Assembly: GCA_039934375.1 (NCBI GenBank)
Contig: JBDTMH010000001.1
Span: 6,648-70,647, forward strand
From: Burkholderiaceae bacterium
GTDB taxonomy: Bacteria; Pseudomonadota; Gammaproteobacteria; Burkholderiales; Burkholderiaceae_C
Direction: 5' to 3'
DNA: 64,000 nt
Positions 19,229 to 30,048 of this stretch are shown piece after piece. The notes beneath the pieces were generated by a model. That model was not told the DNA's origin. It saw nothing but the letters and a program-made list of their open reading frames with translations, and ran no database searches. Each line of letters starts with the position of its first letter. The stretch's first letter is position 1. The translations under genes were made by a program, and so were the position numbers.

Positions 19229-19308
19229 TGGTCTCGGCCTTTGCCTGTTGCGTCCGCCGTCCGTGGGGGATGGCTATTTCTTGGGGGCGCCCTGGCGTTT
19301 TCGCATGA
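19225..19308 (+). other. 27-aa bridging mini-ORF between ccmH and ccmI
   Basis: MMVSAFACCVRRPWGMAISWGRPGVFA*. ATGA overlaps at both ends; CATGA duplicated. Confidence 0.45.
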
Positions 19309-20627
19309 GCTTGTTTCTGGTGGGAATGCTGGGGCTGATTGCCCTGGCTCTGGGGTTTGTTTTGCCGCCGTTACTGCGGCGCAAGCCGGGTGTTTCGACT
19401 GCCGCGACCGTGCTCGATGCACGCCGCGCCAATTTGCAGGTGCTGCGCGAGCAGCTGGCAAGTCTCGAGGCCGATCTTTCTGCAGGGACCATCGATGCCG
19501 ATCAGTACCAGCTCAGCCGTACCGACATCGAGCGCCGCGCGCTCGACGAGGAGCAGGCAGCCGAACACGATGCGGGGGCGCTGGCGCCGCGCCGCGCCAC
19601 CCGCTCGGCCGTGGTCGTGGGCCTGGCGATACCGCTGTTCGCGGTGCTGTTGTATGCGGCGCTGGGCCGGCCCCAGGCGGTTGAACTGGACGTAGCCGCA
19701 GCGCCGTCGGGCGAGGTCACGCTGCCGCAGGTCGAGGCGATGGTCGATCGATTGGCAAAGCGCCTGGAAAGCCAGACCACGGCGCAGCAAGGCGACCTGC
19801 AGGGCTGGACCATGCTGGCCAACTCCTACGCGGTGTTGCAGCGCTTCCCCGAGGCGAGCAAGGCCTTTGCCCGGGCGCGCGCGCTGGCGCCCGACAGCGC
19901 GCAATTGCTGGCCGACCATGCCGATGTGCTGGCGATGCTGCAGAACCAGAGCGTCGAAGGCGAGCCGGGACGGCTGGTGATGCGCGCCTTGCAGATCGAT
20001 CCGCACAACCTCAAGGCGCTGACCATGGCCGGCAGTTGGGCCTTTGAGCGGCGCGACTATGTCGGCGCGGTCAACTACTGGAGCCAGGCCCAGCCGCTGG
20101 CGCCACCTGGCAGCGACTTCGCCGCCGGTCTGGCCAACAGCCTGCAGCAGGCGCGTGCCGCGGCGGCACAAAGCGGGCAACCGTTGGCGGCCGAGAGCCC
20201 TGCTACGGACAAGGCGCAGCACCAGGGCGCGACGCCAGCCGATGGTGGCAACAAGAAGCCGGCGGTGGCGGGCAATGCCAGTGCCGGGCAGGTCAGCGGC
20301 GAGGTGCAGGTGACACCGGTGCTGGCCAAACGCATTCGTCCCGGCGACACCTTGTTCGTGTTTGCACGTGCGACCGAAGGGCCGCGCATGCCGCTGGCGA
20401 TCATCCGCAATACCGCTTCGGGACTGCCCTTCACTTTCACGCTGGATGACAGCAGTGCGATGGCGCCGCAACTGCGCATCTCCGGATTCAAGCAGGTCAT
20501 CGTCGGCGCGCGAATTTCTGCCTCCGGCGAGGCCACGCCGCGCAGCGGTGACCTGATGGGGCAACTCGGACCGGTCGACGTGGGCGCGGGCAAACTCGTG
20601 CTGATGATCGACAGCGTCGTTCCCTGA
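19305..20627 (+). CDS. ccmI: Cytochrome c biogenesis protein CcmI (TPR + C-terminal domain)
   Basis: Two N-terminal TM segments, TPR-like helices, LFVFARA..GPRMPLA, LDDSSAM, ARISASG. Confidence 0.9.
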   Translation: MSLFLVGMLGLIALALGFVLPPLLRRKPGVSTAATVLDARRANLQVLREQLASLEADLSAGTIDADQYQLSRTDIERRALDEEQAAEHDAGALAPRRATRSAVVVGLAIPLFAVLLYAALGRPQAVELDVAAAPSGEVTLPQVEAMVDRLAKRLESQTTAQQGDLQGWTMLANSYAVLQRFPEASKAFARARALAPDSAQLLADHADVLAMLQNQSVEGEPGRLVMRALQIDPHNLKALTMAGSWAFERRDYVGAVNYWSQAQPLAPPGSDFAAGLANSLQQARAAAAQSGQPLAAESPATDKAQHQGATPADGGNKKPAVAGNASAGQVSGEVQVTPVLAKRIRPGDTLFVFARATEGPRMPLAIIRNTASGLPFTFTLDDSSAMAPQLRISGFKQVIVGARISASGEATPRSGDLMGQLGPVDVGAGKLVLMIDSVVP

Positions 20628-20661
20628 GGCTGGCATCAAACCCGTCAATGAATCCGGCAGC

Positions 20662-21573
20662 ATGAAGCGCTTGCCGCCCCTGACTGCCTTGCGCGCATTC
20701 GACGCGGCGGTGCGCACCAGCAGCTTCACCCGCGCTGGCGAAGCCTTGCATGTGACACAAGGCGCGATCAGCCGGCAGGTCAAGGTGCTGGAAGACTGGC
20801 TGGGCAAGCCGGTGTTCGTGCGCCACTACCAGGGCCTGACCCTGACGCCGGCCGGCAGCCTGCTGGCGCACAGCCTGGACGCCGCATTCGGCACCATCCA
20901 GGATGCGGTGGAGCAGATCGGTTACCTGGGTGCGCGCCAACGTATCTCGGTCAATGTGCCGGAGACTTTCGCCTCGCGCTGGCTGGCGCCGCGGCTGCGC
21001 GCCTTCCACAGCCGGCATCCGGACATTGACCTGACCATCACCACCAATGCGGTGGCGAACCAGCGCGAGGCGCAGCAATACGACTGCCTGGTGCTGTTCC
21101 TCGACCAGCCCTGGTCCAAGGGCGACTGCCGGCTGCTGCGTCAGGAACAATATGTGGCGGTCGCCAGCCCCGAGTTGTGGCAGGACGCTCTGGCACCGGC
21201 GCTGGACAAGCTGACGCTGCTGCATGTACTGGCCGGCAGTAAACGGCTGCCGCTGTGGGAGGGTTGGTTCGCGTCGCTGGGCATACGGCATGTCGATCCG
21301 CGCCCCGGCATCGCGTTCTCGACCATGGACCAGGCCATCAATGCCGCCGTGTCGGGCGCCGGAGTGGCGGTGGTCGACGCGCCGATGGTCGAACGCGAAC
21401 TCGCCGAACAGCGCCTGCGCCGGCTGGACAACCATGAACTGACCGCCAGCCACGGTTACTGGTTCGTCGAGCCGCGCGATGCTGCGCTGCGCGAACCGGC
21501 CCACAGCGCCGTCGTCGCCCTGTTCCAGGCCTGGCTGCTCGAGCTCAGCCGCCCGCCGGCGCCAGCGCTCTGA
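20662..21573 (+). CDS. LysR family regulator (GcvA/AmpR-like)
   Basis: LPPLTALRAFDAA...SFTRAGEALHVTQGAISRQVK. Confidence 0.93.
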   Translation: MKRLPPLTALRAFDAAVRTSSFTRAGEALHVTQGAISRQVKVLEDWLGKPVFVRHYQGLTLTPAGSLLAHSLDAAFGTIQDAVEQIGYLGARQRISVNVPETFASRWLAPRLRAFHSRHPDIDLTITTNAVANQREAQQYDCLVLFLDQPWSKGDCRLLRQEQYVAVASPELWQDALAPALDKLTLLHVLAGSKRLPLWEGWFASLGIRHVDPRPGIAFSTMDQAINAAVSGAGVAVVDAPMVERELAEQRLRRLDNHELTASHGYWFVEPRDAALREPAHSAVVALFQAWLLELSRPPAPAL

Positions 21574-21574
21574 C

Positions 21575-22777
21575 CTATTGCCGTATCACCACGGCGTCGA
21601 GTTGCAGCGCGCGGATTTGCAGCGCAGCGGCGTCGGCTTGCGCGCGGCTGGCGAATGGCCCGACCCGTACCCGTGTCAGCGTGCCGGCGCTTCGCTGCAA
21701 TTGCTGCGTCGTTGCCGGCAGTCCGGCCTGCGTGAGCCGGGTGAAAGTGCGCTGTGCGTTGTCGGACTGCGCGAACAGTCCGACGTTGATCAGGTAAGTC
21801 GCGTCGGATGCGTCGGGTGTGGCCGTGCGCGCCGGCTTGTCTTTGACGAGTGCTGCTGGCTCCGTCGCGGCTCCGGCAGAAGCGGCCGGGGCCGGTGTTG
21901 CCGCCACTGGAGTCTGGTGCGCCTTGCGGGACCGGGCAGTGATTGCCGCATGCCGAGCGGCTTCTTGTGAAAGTCGAAACGGGGTCGTCGGTTTTGCAAT
22001 GTCGGAAGGCGCGCCAGCGTCACCGCTCTGATGGGCGGCCACGGACGATTCTGGCGCGGACGCTGCCGGCACATCGGACGCTGGCATGACAGGCGCGCTT
22101 GCGATCGCAGGTGCAGCTGCCGGTGCGGACGAAGCGCTCGGCAAAGGCGCCGTCGCGCCAACCACCGACCGGGGGTGATCGGCGCGAGACGTATCGGGCG
22201 ATGCGCTGTTCGTGGGCAACCACCAGGCGACAGCCAGCATCATCGCCAGCAGTCCATTGGCGAGCGCCAGCCCCATCAGTCGCTGGCGCGAACTGGCCTG
22301 CCGGCTGAGCTGCAGGCAGGCATCGCGCAATGTCGGTGTGGCGGTCAGTGCCATTGCCAGCCGCTGGCGATGGTTGTTGAACAGCCATGTGTTGGCGAAG
22401 AATCCGGGCACCAGCAGGGCCAGAGTGGCCAGTGCCGCCCACAATCCCCAGCGAATCGATTCGGCCATGCCGGTGGTGAAATGCGTGAGCGCCATCAGCC
22501 CCAGTGCGGCCGCCGCCAGCGCACTCAGGTATGCCAGCGCCGGCCGCCACAGGCCGCGAAAAACCAGCCAGTTCAGCGTGCACAGGCTGGCGGCCCAGTT
22601 CCAGCTGGGGCTGGCGCGGTCGTAGGTCTCGAATCGCGCCAGAATGGGCAGGTAATAGTCGGCATTGACCGGGCCGAGCGCGGCGCGGTGCAGCTGGTCG
22701 ATGTGGCTTTCCTGCGACTGGTCGAGCACCGTGACCTTGGCCAAGCCATGGCTGGTGGTGGCTATGGTTTCGGGCAT
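21575..22777 (-). CDS. Membrane protein with DUF2628-like N-terminus and C-terminal SPOR domain
   Basis: YY..F...SWNWAA TM region, Pro/Ala linker, YLINVGLFA...TRVRVGPFASRAQA SPOR motif. Confidence 0.8.
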   Translation of the reverse strand: MPETIATTSHGLAKVTVLDQSQESHIDQLHRAALGPVNADYYLPILARFETYDRASPSWNWAASLCTLNWLVFRGLWRPALAYLSALAAAALGLMALTHFTTGMAESIRWGLWAALATLALLVPGFFANTWLFNNHRQRLAMALTATPTLRDACLQLSRQASSRQRLMGLALANGLLAMMLAVAWWLPTNSASPDTSRADHPRSVVGATAPLPSASSAPAAAPAIASAPVMPASDVPAASAPESSVAAHQSGDAGAPSDIAKPTTPFRLSQEAARHAAITARSRKAHQTPVAATPAPAASAGAATEPAALVKDKPARTATPDASDATYLINVGLFAQSDNAQRTFTRLTQAGLPATTQQLQRSAGTLTRVRVGPFASRAQADAAALQIRALQLDAVVIRQ

Positions 22778-22887
22778 GGCGCATTTTGGCATTCGCGCCA
22801 GCGCGGTTGTGTCTGCCAGCGCGGCTCGTGGTAGCGTGGCAGCGCCCGGTGCTGGTTACCGGGTCCATCTGAAAGGGAGAAACCCAC

Positions 22888-23172
22888 ATGTCCATCAATC
22901 TGAAACCGCGCCGCTTGGGGATTGCCGGGGCGCTGGCGGTGCTCGCCGCAACGGCTGCCGCCGCACTGCTGTTGCGTGGCAATGCGGCCCAGGCGCAAGC
23001 CGTTCTGGGGCCTATGTCGGCGCCGGCCTGCCAATGTTCGGTGGCGGTTTCCATTCCGGGTATGGGTAGCCGTATCACACATTGCATTTGCGGTGTGATG
23101 GCCTGTGCCATCACCGAGCCGGTTGATGCGACATCGCGGGCCAGCAGCATGATGCAGTGTGTGCGCCAGTGA
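22888..23172 (+). CDS. Small secreted Cys-rich hypothetical protein (94 aa)
   Basis: AAGGGAG RBS, basic-hydrophobic signal peptide ending AQAQA, six Cys; fills an otherwise empty gap. Confidence 0.65.
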   Translation: MSINLKPRRLGIAGALAVLAATAAAALLLRGNAAQAQAVLGPMSAPACQCSVAVSIPGMGSRITHCICGVMACAITEPVDATSRASSMMQCVRQ

Positions 23173-23229
23173 CCCGCCGCCGGTGCTGGGCCGGCGCTTA
23201 TTTGCTGCAGGTCTGCGCTGCGCAGGCGC

Positions 23230-23901
23230 TCAGGATGCGTCGCCAGTCCAGACCGGCAATTCGTCCAGCGGCAAACCCAGCGCGTTCAGCACCGCCCAGG
23301 CCGCATAGGCGTCGTTGGCCGCATACAGCACCTGGCGTGGCTCCAGCGTCGGGTTCGCCCAGTTCGACGTGGTCACGCGCTTGGACTTGAGCAGGCGGCG
23401 GTTGAACAGCAGTGCGATCGCGGCCTTGACGCCGATCGAGCGCGGATAACCGCGCCCGCTGAATACGAAGTCCAGGTCCAGCAGCGGCTGGGCGTAGCTG
23501 CCCAGCCGGTGCATCAGCTGCTTCTGGTCGCTGCGCAGGTCGAAGCCCGCCTTCACGACGCCGCGTGCCGCCAGCACTTCGCGCACCAGCTCGGTGTTGT
23601 CGTCGTCATGCATCTGAAATACATAGGCATGGGTGCCGGTGGCGAACTGCACGACATCCGGCCCGCGCATCGGCTCGCCGGCCTTGAACGTCGGCTTCAC
23701 CTCGGTGTCGAAACCCAGGAATGGACTGGCCAGCAAGGCCGCACGCGCCTGGCAACGCGCGGCATCGGAGTCAGGAAGTACGATCTGATCGAGGCGCAGG
23801 CCTTCGAATGGCACCAGCTGCAGCACCGCCTCCTTGGGCATCGTCTTGAGCCGGATCGGCTGCCTGGCGTTGTCGGGCGGTGATGCGGTGGGGTGGGACA
23901 C
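23230..23901 (-). CDS. 3'-5' exonuclease (DEDDy, WRN/RNase D-like)
   Basis: GFDTEVKP (ExoI), GFDLRSD (ExoII), SNW...YAANDA (ExoIII). Start uncertain. Confidence 0.88.
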   Translation of the reverse strand: MSHPTASPPDNARQPIRLKTMPKEAVLQLVPFEGLRLDQIVLPDSDAARCQARAALLASPFLGFDTEVKPTFKAGEPMRGPDVVQFATGTHAYVFQMHDDDNTELVREVLAARGVVKAGFDLRSDQKQLMHRLGSYAQPLLDLDFVFSGRGYPRSIGVKAAIALLFNRRLLKSKRVTTSNWANPTLEPRQVLYAANDAYAAWAVLNALGLPLDELPVWTGDAS

Positions 23902-24086
23902 CCGCGCAGTGTAGGCCAACGCCTTGCACAACCAGCCACGGGACGCAACGTGTCGAGACGCGCCGGCACGTTGCCTATGGTCACCCACATTGGCAGATTT
24001 CGTGCCCAAGGGCTATCATGTCGGGTTGCCCTTTGCACGGGCCGGCCCCATCGCGCCGCGACCGCGTTTGCCCCCTCACCTGATTC

Positions 24087-27000
24087 ATGCCTGCTTCTTC
24101 CATCGACGAAATCGACCCCCTATCCGGCCCGAACCGCCATGACGCCCATGGACGCACCATCAGCATCCGCGGGGCGCGCACCCACAACCTGAAGAATGTC
24201 GATCTCGACATTCCGCGCAACCAGCTGGTGGTGATCACCGGCCTGAGCGGTTCTGGCAAGTCCAGTCTGGCGTTCGACACTCTGTACGCCGAAGGGCAGC
24301 GCCGCTACGTGGAGAGCCTGTCCACCTACGCGCGCCAGTTTTTGCAGTTGATGGACAAGCCCGACGTGGACATGATCGAGGGGCTGAGCCCGGCGATCTC
24401 GATCGAGCAGAAGGCAACCAGCCACAACCCGCGCTCCACCGTGGGCACGGTGACCGAGATCCACGACTACCTGCGCCTGCTGTACGCGCGCGCCGGCACG
24501 CCGTATTGCCCTGAGCATGATCTGCCGCTGCAGTCGCAGACGGTCAGCCAGATGGTCGATGCGGTGCTGGCCATGGCTGAAGGCACGCGGTTGATGCTGC
24601 TTGCGCCGGTGGTGCGCGAGCGCAAGGGGGAATTCGCAGAGCTGTTCGCCGAGCTGCAGGCCAAGGGCTACGTGCGATTTCGTATCGGCGGCCAGGCGTT
24701 CGAGGTGGAGAACCTGCCCAAGCTGAAGAAGACCGAAAAACACAATATCGATGTCGTCATCGACCGCATCAGGGTGCGCGGCGAGGACGACATGGCGGCG
24801 CGTGACCAGTTGCGCCAGCGCCTGGCAGAGAGTTTCGAGGCGGCACTGGCCCTGGCCGATGGACGCGCGCTGGTGGTCGACATGGATGCACCAGCGGCGC
24901 GCGACGGCCTTGCCGCGGCCAGTGGCGAGCAGTACTTCAACGCACGTTTCGCCTGCCCGGTGTGCAGTTATTCGATCGCCGAACTCGAGCCACGGCTGTT
25001 CTCGTTCAACTCGCCGATGGGCGCGTGCCCTTCGTGCGACGGCATCGGCACGATGGAGTTTTTCGATCCGGCGCGGGTTGTGGCCTTCCCGTCGCTGAGC
25101 CTGGCCAGCGGCGCGATCAAGGGCTGGGACCGGCGCAACGCCTATTATTTCGCCATGCTCGAGAGCCTGGCGCGGCACTACCGTTTCGACATTGACACCG
25201 CCTTCGAAGATCTGCCCGAAGCCACCCGCCAGGCCGTGTTGTACGGCTCCGGCGAGGAGGAGATCAAGTTCAGCTACGTGATGGAGTCTGGCGCGCAGCA
25301 GGGCAAGAAGCTCACGCGCAAGCATCCGTTCGAAGGGGTGATCCCGAACATGGCGCGGCGCTACCAAGAGACCGATTCGGTGCTGGTACGCGAAGACCTG
25401 GCCCGCTACCGCAGTCAGCAGCCTTGTCCGGAGTGCAACGGCACGCGGTTGCGGCGCGAGGCACGCCATGTCAAGGTGGGCGAAGGACTGCAGGCACGGG
25501 CCATCTACGAAGTCAGTCACGCGACGCTGCGCGAGAGCCTGCACTATTTCAGCAAGCTGCAGATGCACGGCGCCAAGGGCGAGATCGCGGCCAAGGTGGT
25601 GCGCGAGATCGGCCTGCGGCTGAAGTTCCTCAACGACGTCGGGCTGAATTACCTGAGCCTGGACCGCAGCGCCGAGACGCTCAGCGGCGGCGAGTCGCAG
25701 CGCATCCGGCTGGCTTCGCAGATTGGCTCGGGCCTGACCGGGGTGATGTATGTGCTGGACGAACCCAGCATCGGCTTGCACCAGCGCGACAACGACCGGC
25801 TGATCGATACGCTCAAACATCTGCGCGACATCGGCAACAGCGTGCTGGTGGTGGAGCACGACGAGGACATGATGCGCGCCGCCGACCACGTGATCGACAT
25901 GGGCCCGGGCGCCGGCATCCATGGCGGGCGGGTGGTGGCGCAGGGCACCTTCGACGACATTCGTGCCAACCCTGAATCGCTGACCGGCCAGTACTTGGCC
26001 CATGTGCTGCGCATCGAGGTCCCGCGCAACCGTACGCCCTGGCTGCCCACCGTCGAGGCGACGCAGTCACGCCCGGCCAAGGGCCGACCCAGCGCCGCGG
26101 CCGTGGCCTGGGCCGAGCGCCAGGCAGAACATGTCGCCACGCAGGGCGATCTGCAGGCGATCCGTGTGGTCAAGGCCAGCGGCAACAACCTGCGCCATGT
26201 CGATGTGGCGTTTCCGGTCGGTTTGCTGACCTGCGTGACCGGTGTTTCCGGTTCGGGCAAATCAACGCTGGTCAACGATACCTTGTATGCGGCCGTGGCG
26301 CGCCAGCTGTACCGCTCGCATGTCGAGCCGGCGGCGCATGCGGAGATCCACGGCATCGAGCATTTCGACAAGGTCATCAACGTCGATCAGTCGCCGATCG
26401 GGCGCACGCCGCGCAGCAATCCAGCCACCTATACCGGCATGTTCACCGCGATTCGCGAACTGATGGCCGAAATGAACATGGCGCGCGAACGGGGTTACGG
26501 GCCGGGCCGCTTCAGCTTCAACGTGGCCGGCGGCCGCTGTGAAGCCTGCCAGGGCGACGGCGTGAAGAAGGTCGAGATGCACTTTTTGCCCGACGTCTAT
26601 GTGCCGTGCGACGTCTGCCGCGGCCAGCGTTACAACCGCGAGACCCTGGAGGTGATGTACAAGGGCCGCAATATCGCCCAGGTGCTGGACCTGACCGTCG
26701 AGGCGGCGGCCAAATTCTTCGAGACCGTGCCGACGATTGCGCGCAAGCTGCAGACGCTGCTCGACGTGGGACTGTCCTACATCAAGCTGGGGCAGTCGGC
26801 CACGACGCTGTCGGGCGGTGAGGCGCAGCGCGTCAAGCTGGCGCTGGAGCTGTCCAAGCGCGACACCGGGCGCACGCTATACATCCTGGACGAACCCACG
26901 ACCGGGCTGCATTTTGCCGACATCGCATTGCTGCTCAAGGTGTTGCAGCATCTGCGCGATGCCGGCAACACCATCGTCGTCATCGAGCACAACCTCGATG

Positions 27001-27143
27001 TGATCAAGACCGCCGACTGGATCATCGACATGGGCCCCGAGGGTGGCGCCGGTGGCGGAACTATCGTGGGTGAGGGCACGCCGGAGGACATCGCGGCGAA
27101 TCCGGCCAGCCACACCGGGGTGTATTTGCAGCGGGTGTTGTAG
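24087..27143 (+). CDS. uvrA: Excinuclease ABC subunit A
   Basis: [23 protein letters not shown], two ABC domains, zinc-finger Cys pairs, FSFN motifs. Confidence 0.98.
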   Translation: MPASSIDEIDPLSGPNRHDAHGRTISIRGARTHNLKNVDLDIPRNQLVVITGLSGSGKSSLAFDTLYAEGQRRYVESLSTYARQFLQLMDKPDVDMIEGLSPAISIEQKATSHNPRSTVGTVTEIHDYLRLLYARAGTPYCPEHDLPLQSQTVSQMVDAVLAMAEGTRLMLLAPVVRERKGEFAELFAELQAKGYVRFRIGGQAFEVENLPKLKKTEKHNIDVVIDRIRVRGEDDMAARDQLRQRLAESFEAALALADGRALVVDMDAPAARDGLAAASGEQYFNARFACPVCSYSIAELEPRLFSFNSPMGACPSCDGIGTMEFFDPARVVAFPSLSLASGAIKGWDRRNAYYFAMLESLARHYRFDIDTAFEDLPEATRQAVLYGSGEEEIKFSYVMESGAQQGKKLTRKHPFEGVIPNMARRYQETDSVLVREDLARYRSQQPCPECNGTRLRREARHVKVGEGLQARAIYEVSHATLRESLHYFSKLQMHGAKGEIAAKVVREIGLRLKFLNDVGLNYLSLDRSAETLSGGESQRIRLASQIGSGLTGVMYVLDEPSIGLHQRDNDRLIDTLKHLRDIGNSVLVVEHDEDMMRAADHVIDMGPGAGIHGGRVVAQGTFDDIRANPESLTGQYLAHVLRIEVPRNRTPWLPTVEATQSRPAKGRPSAAAVAWAERQAEHVATQGDLQAIRVVKASGNNLRHVDVAFPVGLLTCVTGVSGSGKSTLVNDTLYAAVARQLYRSHVEPAAHAEIHGIEHFDKVINVDQSPIGRTPRSNPATYTGMFTAIRELMAEMNMARERGYGPGRFSFNVAGGRCEACQGDGVKKVEMHFLPDVYVPCDVCRGQRYNRETLEVMYKGRNIAQVLDLTVEAAAKFFETVPTIARKLQTLLDVGLSYIKLGQSATTLSGGEAQRVKLALELSKRDTGRTLYILDEPTTGLHFADIALLLKVLQHLRDAGNTIVVIEHNLDVIKTADWIIDMGPEGGAGGGTIVGEGTPEDIAANPASHTGVYLQRVL

Positions 27144-27191
27144 CGGGCGCATGCGACGCGGCGCAATTAACGACCCGCTCAACCGTACGCA

Positions 27192-27461
27192 CTATCGGTA
27201 TATCTCGCGCCGGTTCCCAACCCGCAGCACCCGCACGACGATACGGGCATCCTGGATGTCGCAAATAATGCGCCAATCACCCACACGGTATTTCCAGTAG
27301 TTGCCCAGCGTGGCGCCGCGCAAGGCTTCGCCAATCGCGCGCGGGTCGTCGCTGTTGGCGATGCGCGTCCTCAGAAACTGGACGATTCGGGTCTGGACGG
27401 ATTTGTCCAGCTTCTCCAGTTCTTTCAGCGCATCGAGGTCAAACTCAAGGCGCCAGGCCAA
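27192..27461 (-). CDS. Type II toxin, RelE/StbE family
   Basis: DPRAIGEALRG..LGNYWKYRVGDWRII...VGNRREIYR; TTG start overlaps the antitoxin end. Confidence 0.9.
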   Translation of the reverse strand: MAWRLEFDLDALKELEKLDKSVQTRIVQFLRTRIANSDDPRAIGEALRGATLGNYWKYRVGDWRIICDIQDARIVVRVLRVGNRREIYR

Positions 27462-27657
27462 GGGTCTTCTCCACGTCTTCCAGCGGGATGGTCTTGCGGT
27501 CCTTGCGCGCGCGCGCTTCGGCCAGGTGGTAGTCCTCCAAATCGTCGATGTATTCGAGGATAGCCTCACGGGCAAGCGTCGTTTTGGTGCGCCCTGTCTC
27601 CCGAGCGAGGTGGGCGAGACGGGCTTCTATCGGCTCTGGCAGGCGGATGGCAAGCAT
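27445..27657 (-). CDS. Type II antitoxin, RelB/StbD-like ribbon-helix-helix
   Basis: MLAIRLPEPIEARLAHLARETGRTK...EDYHLAE...TIPLEDVEKTLGL; AGGAG RBS. Confidence 0.88.
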   Translation of the reverse strand: MLAIRLPEPIEARLAHLARETGRTKTTLAREAILEYIDDLEDYHLAEARARKDRKTIPLEDVEKTLGLAP

Positions 27658-27673
27658 GGCGGGCTCCTGTTTT

Positions 27674-27689
27674 GCTATACGTGTATAGC
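27674..27689. promoter_or_regulatory. Putative TA autoregulatory operator
   Basis: Inverted repeat GCTATAC-GT-GTATAGC just upstream of the antitoxin RBS, next to a TACAAT -10-like hexamer on the minus strand. Confidence 0.65.
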
Positions 27690-27773
27690 CATTGTATGGC
27701 TGCTGACGATCTGTGGCGCGTGCTGGCCGGCAGCACCCAGCCCCGATCGGGTGCCGGTGCCAGGGGTCGCGCG

Positions 27774-29024
27774 TCACGCCGCGAGCGGGCGTTGCGGGCG
27801 CACCGCAAAGAAGAACAGCAGCGAACCGCAGCCGGCGGTCAGCGCCAGCACGGTGAATCCGGCGCGGTAATTGCCGGTCAGGTCGGCCAGCATGCCGGCC
27901 ACCATCGGGCCGGCGATCTGGCCCAAGGCGATGATCACCGAGGACAGGCCCAGGATCATGCCGATGGCACTGCGGCCGAAATAATCGGCCCGGATCGACT
28001 GCATCAAGGGGCCGCGCAGCCCCCAGGCGATGCCATGCAGCATGGCGAATGCCGCCACCTGCGCGGGGTGTGTGGCATAGGTCAGCAGCAGCAGGCCCAG
28101 CATGTGGCCCAACATGCACAGCGCCGCCAGCAGGCGCTTTTCGAACCGGTCGCCAATGGTGGCACTCAGCGTGACGCCGATCACCTGGCCAAAGGTCAGC
28201 ACCATGATGAAAAACGCCGCCTCGGTCATCGAATAGCCCAGCCCCTCCTTCATGTGGGTGATCGCATGCACATTGACCGCAGTGACCACCAGCAGCGCAA
28301 AGCCGTGGCCCAGCGCAAGCAGCCAGAATGCGCGGGTATGCAGCGCCTGACGGGCCGTGAATTCGGTGCGCGCGGCTGAGCGGGCGGCCGCGACCGTATC
28401 TGTCGTCGGCTCCGCAGCGACAGGCAGGCCGTCGACGACTTGCCCGTGGTCCTGCGGGCGCCAGCGGATCACCCGGGCCAGCGGCAGGCCAAGCAGCATG
28501 ATCAGCACGCCGGAGCCAAACGCCGTGGCGCGCCAGCCATAACTTGCCATGCACCAGGCCACCGCCGGCACCATGGCGCCGCCCAGCGCCAGCCCCATGC
28601 TCATCATCGACAAGGCGCGTGCACGGTAGCGCTCGAACCACTGGATCAACGCCACCGTCAGCGGAAAGTAACCGCCCAGGCTGACACCGACGGCCATCAT
28701 GACGGCGCTGGCATAGAAGCCGCCCAGGGTCTCGACCTGGCTGAGCATCAGGAAGCCCGAGCCAAACACCAGCATGCCGACCTGCACCATGGCACGCGGG
28801 CCGAAGCGGTCGAGCAGCCAGCCCAGTGCCGGGCCGAGGATGGCGGATTCGACCGACTGCAACGCGGCCGCGCCGGACAATGCGGTCTTGCTCCAGCCGC
28901 GCTGCTCGGACAGGATGGCCACGTAGGCGCCGAACGACTGCAGCAGCAGTGCGGACTGCAGGAATTGCAGGATGGCGGCGGCGCTCGCTATGCGCCAGCC
29001 GTAGAACATCTTCACCTGCGCCAA
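27774..29024 (-). CDS. MFS transporter (OFA/monocarboxylate-like)
   Basis: FYGWRI start, GWLLDRFGPR, IGDRFEKR, ADYFGR. Confidence 0.9.
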   Translation of the reverse strand: MAQVKMFYGWRIASAAAILQFLQSALLLQSFGAYVAILSEQRGWSKTALSGAAALQSVESAILGPALGWLLDRFGPRAMVQVGMLVFGSGFLMLSQVETLGGFYASAVMMAVGVSLGGYFPLTVALIQWFERYRARALSMMSMGLALGGAMVPAVAWCMASYGWRATAFGSGVLIMLLGLPLARVIRWRPQDHGQVVDGLPVAAEPTTDTVAAARSAARTEFTARQALHTRAFWLLALGHGFALLVVTAVNVHAITHMKEGLGYSMTEAAFFIMVLTFGQVIGVTLSATIGDRFEKRLLAALCMLGHMLGLLLLTYATHPAQVAAFAMLHGIAWGLRGPLMQSIRADYFGRSAIGMILGLSSVIIALGQIAGPMVAGMLADLTGNYRAGFTVLALTAGCGSLLFFFAVRPQRPLAA

Positions 29025-29034
29025 TGCTCCGTGT

Positions 29035-30048
<1,014 letters not shown>

